Below are positions 10,222 through 21,444 of a DNA stretch of 64,000 bases, one piece after another. The DNA lies in the NCBI GenBank assembly GCA_002269645.1, contig NIVC01000268.1, positions 655,647 to 719,646 of the forward strand. Direction: 5' to 3'. This DNA comes from Macrostomum lignano. Its lineage: Eukaryota. The notes beneath the pieces are model-generated. The model had not been told where the DNA came from, searched no databases, and saw only the letters and a program-made list of their open reading frames with translations. Numbering within the stretch: the stretch's first letter is position 1; each line of letters opens with the position of its first letter. Position numbers and translations under genes: made by a program.

Positions 10222-11712
10222 CAGCCCCCACTCCAGCCAGCACCCCTCAACCCCCACTCCAGCACCCCTCAAGCCCCACTCCAGCACCCCTCAACCCCCA
10301 CTCCAGCACCCCTCAGCCCCCACTCCAGCCAGCACCCCTCAGCCCTCACTCCAGCACCCCTCAAGCCCCACTCCAGCACCCCTCAACCCCCACTCCAGCA
10401 CCCCTCAGCCCTCACTCCAGCACCCTCAGCCCCCACTCCAGCACCCCTCAGCCCCCACTCCAGCACCCCTCAGCCCCACTCCAGTACCCCTCAGCCATCA
10501 CTCCAGCCAGCACCCCTCAGCCCCACTCCAGCACCCCTCAGCCCTCACTCCAGCACCCCTCAAGCCCCACTCCAGCACCCCTCAGCCCCCACTCCAGCAC
10601 CCCTCAGCCCCACTCCAGCACCCCTCAGCCCCATTCCAGCACCCCTTAGCCCCACTCCAGCACCCCTTAGCCCCACTCCAGTACCCCTCAGCCATCACTC
10701 CAGCACCCCTCAGCCCCACTCCAGTACCCCTCAGCCCCCACTCCAGCACCCCTTAGCCCCACTCCAGTACCCCTCAGCCATCACTCCAGCCAGCACCCCT
10801 CAGCCCTCACTCCAGCACCCCTCAGCCCCACTCCAGTACCCCTCAGCCCCCACTCCAGCACCCCTTAGCCCCACTCCAGTACCCCTCAGCCATCACTCCA
10901 GCCAGCACCCCTCAGCCCCACTCCAGCACCCCTCAGCCCCACTCCAGTACCCCTCAGCCCCCACTCCAGCACCCCTTAGCCCCACTCCAGTACCCCTCAG
11001 CCATCACTCCAGCCAGCACCCCTCAGCCCCACTCCAGCACCCCTCAGCCCTCACTCCAGCACCCCTCAGCCATCACTCCAGCACCCCTCAGCCCCACTCC
11101 AGTACCCCTCAGCCCCACTCCAGCACCCCTCAGCCCCACTCCAGTACCCCTCAGCCATCACTCCAGCACCCCTCAGCCCTCACTCCAGCACCCCTCAGCC
11201 CCACTCCAGCACCCCTCAGCCCCACTCCAGCACCCTCAACCCCCACCCAGCACCCTCAGCCCCACTCCAGCACCCCTCAGCCCCACTCCAGCACCCCTCA
11301 GCCCTCACTCCAGCACCCCTCAGCCCCACTCCAGTACCCCTCAGCCCCCACTCCAGCACCCCTCAGCTCCCACTCCAGCACCCCTTAGCCCCACTCCAGT
11401 ACCCCTCAGCCCTCACTCCAGCACCCCTCAGCCCTCACTCCAGCACCCCTTAGCCCCACTCCAGTACCCCTCAGCCATCACTCCAGCACCCCTCAGCTCC
11501 CACTCCAGCACCCCTTAGCCCCACTCCAGTACCCCTCAGCCCCACTCCAGCACCCCTCAGCCCCACTCCAGTACCCCTCAGCCATCACTCCAGCACCCCT
11601 CAGCCCTCACTCCAGCACCCTCAACCCCCACCCCAGCACCCCTCAGCCCCCACTCCAGCACCCTCAACCCCCACCCCAGCACCCCTCAGCCCTCACTTCA
11701 GCACCCCTCAGC
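10222..11712. repeat. C-rich 20-21-bp minisatellite (CTCCAGCACCCCTCAGCCCCA)
   Basis: About 1.5 kb of tandem variants; explains the Pro/His/Ser-rich ORFs. Confidence 0.95.
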
Positions 11713-11960
11713 AATCCAACTCAAACAAGCACTTTTGCATCGCATTGGTCGCCTATAGTTCTGAACGTACTCATTACAAAGACAAATATGCATGTACTAG
11801 GAGCTTTCAAGTAGAGATAAAAATGGCTGACGTGTTCAATGCAGAACTCAAACGAGGGAAAGATAACTCGATCGTGTGTTACGAATTCAATTAAGCTTTT
11901 TTAGTTCACAAAGCTTTAACACACCTGATACTCTGCCGTCAACCCCCCCCCCCCTAACAG

Positions 11961-13020
11961 TCACGATGAGGCACTCAGGAAGCTGTGCCGCAGCAGCTCC
12001 GCGGTGTCCGCTCGCTTCCTCGGCTCATAGTCTACGCACCTGAGGTAGAAGTCCTTCAGGCCGGCTGAGAACCCGTCCGCAATCCGAGGCATCGCCCGCC
12101 CTCCGCACCTCAGCACGGCGATCCTGAACTGCTGAACGTTCGCGTCAGGAGGCTGCATGGCCGTCAGCTCATACACGGTGCAGCCGAAGGCCCACACGTC
12201 GGTCTTGGCTGAGTACGGAATCGAGTCACCCTCGCCCATGAACAGCTCGGGCGCCATGAAGTAGGGGGTGCCTTTGGGATCGACGCCTGTGCTCAGGCCG
12301 CTGGTGCCGACGATCTCCTTGGCGAGACCGAAGTCGATCAGCTTGATGACGCCCTCGTTGGTGAGCATTACGTTTGAGCTTTTGATGTCACGGTGCAGAA
12401 TGGCTCGTTTAGGTTGGTAATGAAGAAAGTTTAAGCCTGAGCAGATCTGCGTTTCAGATTAAGGCAGTTTTCAGCAGTTATGGAAAAATTGATTGACAGC
12501 GAATAAAATCAGCAGAATAAAACTATGGGACATTCGCCCAGAGATGCACCTGTCTGGAGAAGTCCCTGACCCCGGACTCCTCGAACGGCTTGTTCTGACG
12601 CTGCATCAGCTCAAAGAGGCTGTGACCCGAGACCAGCTCGGTGAAGATGTACAGCCCATCCGACTTCTGCTCGCACTTGAGGAACTGCAGAATGTTGGGG
12701 TGCGAGAGTCGCTTGAGGATCTCAACTCCCCGCTTCTCCATCTCGACGGCTTTCTGCAGCTTCCCCGCTTCTCCAGGTTTTCCTAGAGGCAGCACCTTGA
12801 CAGCCACGATCTGGTTCCGGTCTGTGAGGGCCTTGTACACCTTGCCGAATCCGCCTCTGCCAATCAGTAGCTTTTTGCTGCTGTCTTGCAAGATGAAGTC
12901 CCAATTGATAAATCCCGGATCAAGGGACTTCTTGGGGCTGAAACGGTTGTAGGGACGGACGGTGTATAAATGAATCTTTCTGTCCCATTGATTGGAATCA
13001 TCATTGACAGGGCTATGCAG
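11961..13020 (-). CDS. Ser/Thr protein kinase domain, STE/MAP3K-like; exons about 12550-13020 (possibly to 13084) and 11961-12446
   Basis: IGRGGFGKVY, VAVK, HPNILQF; phase-0 intron 12447-12549 (RQ|ICSG); HRDIKSSN, DFGLAK, GTPYFMAPE, DVWAFGC. Confidence 0.88.
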
Positions 13021-13335
13021 CTATTTAGAGCTCACAATATTACTCAAATCGGGTGGTAGTCTCTCACCTTCAATTATAAAATACCTACCGTGACTGTTGC
13101 GAGACCATCGCGCTTCTATGTCACATACCGACGCTCCTAAGTCTATCGTGAGTCGTGAAAAATGAAAGAGTTTCATTCTCCAAATATTTCAAATACTCCA
13201 AATACTATAAATTCCTTAATTAGTTGAAATCACTATCCAAGAGTTCAAGCTAGCGCTGAAGGTGCCCAAATGCTGCAACTATTGTAAAGGCTGCTCCAGT
13301 ATTTGGGGATGCAATAGCTCTCATCCAGGACTCAC

Positions 13336-14509
13336 TTAGCTACATTAAATACGACATCTTGCACTGAGTTGCCAGCGAGCGACTGAGAGGCTTCGAGCTG
13401 ATGTTGCGCGTCAGAAATCCAGGACAGCTTTGCTGACCGGTCAGTGCTCAACCTCAAATGATATTTTACGAAATCGGCCACCGTCTCGCCGTCAGTTTAT
13501 TTTTCAAGCCGAACATTTCCGCTCCAATTTGGTTAAAAATAAACTCCAGGGAGCCAACTGATTGATGATGAGCGGCCAAATGGACGGCCGTGTCGCCGTC
13601 TTCGTCAGGAACTGTAAGACAGTCGGTGCCGACCTCCTTCACCAGCCACTTAAGATTTGAATCGTTAGAATTCTCGGCGGCATAGTGAAATGCAGTTCTA
13701 TCACACCTTCCACTGAGCCGAAAGCAGTCAGTTCCGATCTCTTTCTTGATTAATTCCAGCGACTCGACGCCCTGATACTTTGCAACCAAATGGACGGCCG
13801 TGTTACCCCATTTGTCAGGAACTGTGAGACAGTCGCTGCCGACCTCCTTCACCAGCCACTTCAAATTTAAATCGTCAGATGTTTCAGAAGCAACGTGAAA
13901 GGCTGTTTTATCACACCTTCCTCTGAACCGGAAGCAGTCAGTTCCGATGTGTCTCTTGATCCACTCCAGCGACTCGATGCCCTGATGTTGAGCGGCCAAA
14001 TGGACAGCAGTGTCACCGGAATAGTCAGGAACTGTGAGACAGTCGCCGCCGAACTCCTTCACCAGCCAGTTGAGACACGAATAGCATTTTCTGTTCATAG
14101 CAGCAAAGTGAGCGACTGTCTGTCCGCTTTGATCCGCAATCCTCAAGCAGTTTCTGCCTCCCTTCTCTTTAACCAGCTGCAACCAAGATTCGTCTTGATG
14201 CATGACTGCCAGGTGCACTGGAGTTTCACACCTCCAATCATTTTTACACATCAGACAGTCGGGTCCGAATCTGTCAATCAGCAGCTCCAGGCACGACAAC
14301 CTCACCGGCTTGCAGGCCACGTGATGAGCCAGTGACTGGTGCAGCACTTCGGAGCCATATAGACGTTTATCATACCCGCCAACAGTCAGGCAGATGTTGC
14401 CGTCAACCCTATCGCAGAGTCGCAGCAGCTCCTTGCTCTCTCCAGCCTCCAGCGTCACTCTCAGCTTCCGCTTCATTTCTCGTTGCCTCAGGATTATTTT
14501 CTCATGCAT
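13336..14509 (-). CDS. Ankyrin-repeat protein exon (about 9 repeats), frameshift near 13495; probable 5' part of the kinase gene
   Basis: Repeated GxTAVHLAA motifs at about 35-aa spacing; after KNK the -1 frame continues DGETVADFVKY... to a GTGAGT donor at 13335. Confidence 0.8.
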
Positions 14510-15585
14510 CGAACGAATTTTGAAAGTCTAGCTGGTTATCTAACACAAATGGTCCAGGCAGTGTAGTTGAGTAGCTGCAAACCGATAAAAATCTAATTAC
14601 GAGCGTATGTACGGTACTTTTATTTTATCATGACGTGCCATTTATAGGTAATGTCGAGCATTTAATGCTGGCATAAACAGATTTTTCGACGTTGTCTCAG
14701 TTTTGACGGTTTCGTCTTCTGCTAATATCTTATCGGAGTGGCCCTACCTTGAAAGCTAGTGCAGAAAAACTTTACTGGGCCGAGAGATCTTTTAACTTTT
14801 TTGCGCAACAAAAGCAGAAAAAGATTTGACTGTCAGTTGGGCCCTAACCAGACCGCCGAGGTAGACAAACTGCTGACACTGCTGACATTCCAGCAGTAAC
14901 TCCGTCATCTGTCCGTTAGCGCCTCGGGTGGGGTATGTTTGCTCTCACATTCTTCACATTCTCATTTTACAGTTAGAGCAAGGATATTTTGCTCTTGAAG
15001 GCCTCAAAACGTGGGACCTAATTATGACCAATTTAACCAACTACAGTTGTACCGCGTATATGTAATTAGTTGATAAAGCAATCCAACTTGTTAGATTTTG
15101 AAAAACAAAAATAAATATTAATTTCGACATGTGCAGCGTTGATTGCTAAGTACACAGGGTTAAAATTGATCTAGCTAGCTATCTCATAAAATTATTAAGA
15201 ATGATCAAGATCAGTTCTACAATGTGCTTTATTAACATCAATATCCAACACAATCAAAAGGTCCGAAGTTGTTATTAGGTCATTGCATCAATATATTTAT
15301 TAGTAACTAGCTAAAAACTGGTGTTAGTTTAAAGTCAACAACAAACGACACCAACAATGGGAAATCCATGCATCAGCAGATTGGAATGTACATGCTCCAT
15401 AGAGAAAAGTGCTTTTAGTTTCGCACTAGACAGGTGAATCTAAAAAAAATAAAACTACTTAAAATTTAAAACACAGAGCTTCATTAAAACAAAATAGGAA
15501 AATCGACATGTAAAACATTGATACACATAAGATAAGATACAGTTTTGATCGTTGTTAAAATTTGATTGATAAACTTGGCACACAA

Positions 15586-18500
15586 TTGCTACAGAACTGG
15601 TACCTAATTTGTTACAGAACTGGTACCTAATTTGTTACAGAACTGGTACCTAATTTGTTACAGAACTGGTACCTAATTGCTACAGACCTGGTACCTAATT
15701 TGTTACAGAACTGGTACCTAATTTGTTACAGAACTGGTACCTAATTTGTTACAGAACTGGTACCTAATTTGTTACAGAACTGGTACCTAATTTGTTACAG
15801 AACTGGTACCTAATTTGTTACAGAACTGGTACCTAATTTGTTACAGAACTGGTACCTAATTTGTTACAGAACTGGTACCTAATTTGTTACAGAACTGGTA
15901 CCTAATTTGTTACAGAACTGGTACCTAATTGCTACAGACCTGGTACCTAATTTGTTACAGAACTGGTACCTAATTTGTTACAGAACTGGTACCTAATTTG
16001 TTACAGAACTGGTACCTAATTTGTTACAGAACTGGTACCTAATTTGTTACAGAACTGGTACCTAATTGCTACAGACCTGGTACCTAATTGCTACAGAACT
16101 GGTACCTAATTTGTTACAGAACTGGTACCTAATTGCTACAGACCTGGTACCTAATTTGTTACAGAACTGGTACCTAATTTGTTACAGAACTGGTACCTAA
16201 TTTGTTACAGAACTGGTACCTAATTTGTTACAGAACTGGTACCTAATTTGTTACAGAACTGGTACCTAATTTGTTACAGAACTGGTACCTAATTTGTTAC
16301 AGAACTGGTACCTAATTTGTTACAGAACTGGTACCTAATTGCTACAGACTGGTACCTAATTTGTTACAGAACTGGTACCTAATTTGTTACAGAACTGGTA
16401 CCTAATTTGTTACAGAACTGGTACCTAATTTGTTACAGAACTGGTACCTAATTTGTTACAGAACTGGTACCTAATTGCTACAGACCTGGTACCTAATTGC
16501 TACAGAACTGGTACCTAATTTGTTACAGAACTGGTACCTAATTGCTACAGACCTGGTACCTAATTTGTTACAGAACTGGTACCTAATTTGTTACAGAACT
16601 GGTACCTAATTTGTTACAGAACTGGTACCTAATTTGTTACAGAACTGGTACCTAATTTGTTACAGAACTGGTACCTAATTGCTACAGACCTGGTACCTAA
16701 TTTGTTACAGAACTGGTACCTAATTTGTTACAGAACTGGTACCTAATTTGTTACAGAACTGGTACCTAATTGCTACAGACCTGGTACCTAATTGCTACAG
16801 ACCTGGTACCTAATTTGTTACAGAACTGGTACCTAATTTGTTACAGAACTGGTACCTAATTGCTACAGACCTGGTACCTAATTTGTTACAGAACTGGTAC
16901 CTAATTTGTTACAGAACTGGTACCTAATTTGTTACAGAACTGGTACCTAATTGCTACAGACCTGGTACCTAATTTGTTACAGAACTGGTACCTAATTTGT
17001 TACAGAACTGGTACCTAATTGCTACAGACCTGGTACCTAATTTGTTACAGAACTGGTACCTAATTTGTTACAGAACTCGTACGTAATTTTCTACAGAACT
17101 GGTACATTATTTGCTACAGAACTGGTACACAATTTGCTGCAGATCTGGTACACAATTTGCTACAGATCTGGTACACAATTTGCTACAGATCTGGTACACA
17201 ATTTGCTACAGATCTGGTACACAATTTGCTACAGATCTGGTACACAATTTGCTACAGATCTGGTACACAATTTGTTACAGATCTGGTACACAATTTGCTA
17301 CAGAACTGGTACATTATTTGCTACAGATCTGGTACACAATTTGCTACAGATCTGGTACACAATTTGCTACAGAACTGGTACATTATTTGCTACAGATCTG
17401 GTACACAATTTGCTACAGATCTGGTACACATTTGCTACAGAACTGGTACATTATTTGCTACAGATCTGGTACACAATTTGCTACAGATCTGGTACACAAT
17501 TTGCTACAGAACTGGTACCTAATTGCTACAGACCTGGTACCTAATTTGTTACAGAACTGGTACCTAATTGCTACAGACCTGGTACCTAATTGCTACAGAA
17601 CTGGTACCTAATTTGTTACAGAACTGGTACCTAATTGCTACAGACCTGGTACCTAATTTGTTACAGAACTGGTACCTAATTTGTTACAGAACTGGTACCT
17701 AATTGCTACAGACCTGGTACCTAATTTGTTACAGAACTGGTACCTAATTTGTTACAGAACTCGTACGAACTGGTACATTATTTGCTTCAGAACCGGTACA
17801 CGAGTTGCTACGGAACTGGTACATTATTTGCTACAGAACCGGTACATTTTTTGCTACAGAACCGGTACATTATTTGCTACAGAACCGGTACATAATTTGC
17901 TACAGAACTGGTACATTATTTGCTACAGAACTGGTACACAATTTGCTACAGATCTGGTACACAATTTGCTACAGAACTGGTACATTATTTGCTACAGAAC
18001 TGGTACATAATTTGCTACAGAACTGGTACATTATTTGCTACAGAACTGGTACACAATTTGCTACAGATCTGGTACACAATTTGCTACAGATCTGGTACAC
18101 AATTTGCTACAGAACTGGTACATTATTTGCTACAGATCTGGTACACAATTTGCTACAGATCTGGTACACAATTTGCTACAGATCTGGTACACAATTTGCT
18201 ACAGATCTGGTACACAATTTGCTACAGATCTGGTACACAATTTGCTACAGATCTGGTACACAATTTGCTACAGATCTGGTACACAATTTGCTACAGATCT
18301 GGTACACAATTTGCTACAGATCTGGTACACAATTTGTTACAGATCTGGTACACAATTTGCTACAGAACTGGTACATTATTTGCTACAGATCTGGTACACA
18401 ATTTGCTACAGATCTGGTACACAATTTGCTACAGAACTGGTACATTATTTGCTACAGATCTGGTACACAATTTGCTACAGATCTGGTACACAATTTGCTA

Positions 18501-18800
18501 CAGAACTGGTACATTATTTGCTACAGATCTGGTACACAATTTGCTACAGATCTGGTACACAATTTGCTACAGATCTGGTACACAATTTGCTACAGAACTG
18601 GTACATTATTTGCTACAGATCTGGTACACAATTTGCTACAGAACTAGTACACAATTTGCTACAGAACCGGTACACAATTTGCTACAGAACTGGTACACAA
18701 TTTGTTACAGAACTGGTACACAATTTGTTACAGAACTGGTACACAATTTGCTACAGAACTGGTACATAATTTAATTTCTACAGATCTGGTACATAATTTG
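15586..18800. repeat. 3.2-kb 22-23-bp satellite (TTTGTTACAGAACTGGTACCTAA and TTTGCTACAGATCTGGTACACAA variants)
   Basis: Period read directly; explains the LLQNWYTICYRSGT ORFs. Confidence 0.97.
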
Positions 18801-19122
18801 CTACACAACTCGGTAAATAATTTGATACAAAATTTGGTAAGGAATTTGGTGCCGAAAATCGGCTCATTTTGCAAATTTCATCCCATAATCTGACAGAAAC
18901 ACATTATGATACGAAAAACAAACGTAAACAAACGGACACAGCACTGAGTTAAGTGGACCTTCTCATGGCCCTGAACACAGTGCTAAACTCGGGAATAGAT
19001 TTAAATTTAAAACACGAATAAGGTTAAAATTTATCGGATCAAAGCAGAATAATATTTCTAGAAATACTACAAGTATTTAAAAACCCTTGGGGCGCAACAC
19101 CCCAAGGGTCTCCAATATTTTG

Positions 19123-19316
19123 TGTCTTGGTGGGCGTCCCTGTCTCTTGGTGGGCGTCCCTGTCTCTTGGTGGGCGTCCCTGTCTCTTGGTGGGCGTCCC
19201 TGTCTCTTGGTGGGCGTCCCTGTCTCTTGGTGGGCGTCCCTGTCTCTTGGTGGGCGTCCCTGTCTCTTGGTGAGCGTCCCTGTCTCTTGGTGGGCGTCCC
19301 TGTCTTGTTGTGGGCG
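19123..19316. repeat. 20-bp tandem repeat (TGGGCGTCCCTGTCTCTTGG), about 10 copies
   Basis: Directly read. Confidence 0.95.
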
Positions 19317-19790
19317 TCAACCCCTGTCATTTGTCGAAGAGATCTACGTGGTAGATTAAAAAGAAGCGCGAAAACAATCAGTCGGTCAAGATGATAGCAA
19401 GAGGGTCTAAAGGTAGATATTGAACCTAAAAGTACTGCAAAGCTTATCAGATGTACACTTACGCTCGCATATCGATAACAAGAGGATTTACAGTTAAGTG
19501 TTGACTCGTCTGGCTCTTAAGCCAGGGTGCTCCTGTCAAAGAGCCTCAACGAGTGTCATAACATAAACATAACTGGAAAGTACGAGCTATGATGACCCAA
19601 AGGCTCTAAGCCATTGACTTGACACCAAGAATTAACAATACAGAGCCTAGAAAACAGTGCAAGACGTTCGACCCAGGAGTACTACTAAAATGATATAGTC
19701 AAGATGAAGAAAATATTTAAAAAATCAATTTGCCATTGTAATTTTCCCGTAACCGAACGTTTGACTCCCCACACAGCGGCAGATCGCACG

Positions 19791-20990
19791 TCAACCAGAA
19801 CTTGGGTCGCTCTCTCGCTTTGGTTCTCTCAGTTTCCTATTGGCGTCGCGTAGGTGGCTCTTCTCGTGCCGGTTGCGCTCGTCCGATCTGGCAAATTTCC
19901 GGTCGCAGAATCGGCACCGGTAGGGCCGCTCCCCAGTGTGAGTTCGTTCGTGCGTTCTCCGATGGTCGCTCCGGGTGAAGGCCTTCTGGCACATCCGGCA
20001 GGCGAACGGACGGCAGCCAGTGTGCGTGCGGATGTGGCGGGTCAACTCGTCAGATCGGGTGAAGGTCTTGGAGCAGGGGGCCATCGAGCAGACGTAGGTG
20101 CGCGTCGGGAGGGTCCGGCTTGGTTACAGGTGTTGGGAAGGTGCTGCTGATGCTGACATTGTTGATGCTGATGCTGACGTTGTTGATGCTGATGCTGACG
20201 CTGTTGCGGTTGCTGATGTTGTTGTTGCTGATGTAGATTAACAACGGACCAGTTAACACTGGGGAACATTTTGGGTTGGTATATTTTTAAAAATCTATGC
20301 TGCGTTATTGATTTTTTTCATTAAAAATGTTTATGATTGTGAGGATGTTACTTTTCGACAGCCTATTTTTAGAATTGGTATTTTTGTGGAAGCGAACCAT
20401 GCAGGGGTCAAGAATTGCAATAAAATGAAACATTGAATTCAGTAGCTCCAAACTTTGCGCTATCGAACCTCTCCATAACCGGCTGTTGCATCTGCTGGTA
20501 GTGATATTGATGCTGCAGTTCGTGCGGCACCTGTAGCTGCTGCGGCACTGTCGCCTGCTGATATACTTGGTGATGCTGCTGCTGCTGCTGCTCCGAGGGC
20601 AGCACAGGAAGAAACGACAAATTCTGTACCGTCTCAGCATTGCCGTGACTTTCGACGCCGGTCCCAGAGGAGCTGAGCACCGCGGACTGGACACGGAATG
20701 GCTGCTCACCTGTAGTATAGAAAGATTATTTGTGCAGCAACTATACTTACAGTAGAAGAACAAGCTAATGTGCTGTAAAAACTGAAATAATATTCAAGCG
20801 TTAAAGCAGAGTCGCACACGATCGCTCGCCCCCGCTGGCAGCTACTGCCTTGCCCGCATGCTAATTTTCTTGTTGTTTTTGCAGCCTACCTTCTTTGGAA
20901 ATGGAGTAAATATCCTGCGGGATACCGGATGCAGGGCCCGGGGGATCGGGTAATGCGATACCGAGCTGCCTACTAGCTGGCTTCGACAGT
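19791..20990 (-). CDS. egr: EGR/Krox-family triple C2H2 zinc-finger transcription factor; probable exons about 20890-20990, about 20470-20709 and 19791-about 20261; apparent frameshift near 20105
   Basis: Fingers [26 protein letters not shown] and [12 protein letters not shown] match the EGR recognition helices; phase-1 intron 20710-20889 (KE-G|EQPF); Q/H-rich N-terminal region; 5' end and exon-2 donor uncertain. Confidence 0.85.
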
Positions 20991-21177
20991 TTCTGGGGAT
21001 TTTTCTCAAACGAATTTATGCAATAGAACCCGAGAAAAAATGAAGGATGAAAATGCATTTAAGTCAATGGTTTATTCGAAACACTTCATTCACTCACTCG
21101 CACATCCACTCACCCACTCACTCACTCAGTGAGAGCAGATCAAGTTTTCTATCTTGTGCCCGAGCGTCCCAAGCACG

Positions 21178-21194
21178 CGGATCACCATATTAGG
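21178..21194. promoter_or_regulatory. Serum response element: Ets-like CGGAT, 2 nt, then CArG box CCATATTAGG
   Basis: CCATATTAGG at 21185-21194 is identical to the c-fos SRE core, with GGAT at the same 2-nt spacing, and lies just 5' of the egr-like gene. Confidence 0.6.
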
Positions 21195-21444
21195 CATAAA
21201 TGAATAATTGGTGACTTTGGTGAATTGGTAAACTGAAAGGCTGATGAAAAGAAAATTCGTTTCTAAGCCTCTTTGTTGTTAATCAATCGTCCCCAATGCA
21301 CATGGGGCCACAAAGAGCTTTGGCGGTTGGTGCAGTAACAATTACTAATAAAGGAAATTCTTTCCCAAAAAGAGCTTCTAAGCAAAAGTTGATCCGAAAT
21401 TGAATTTGCAGGAAAATGCAGGTGGTTTCTTGGTCTAACACACT

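Noticed and set aside
10057-11388. 443-aa extensin/mucin-like Pro-rich protein
   Set aside because: Several frames are open simply because the C-rich repeat has almost no stop codons
15586-18800. CRISPR array or repeat-protein ORFs
   Set aside because: Units are contiguous with no unique spacers, there are no cas genes, and the context is eukaryotic
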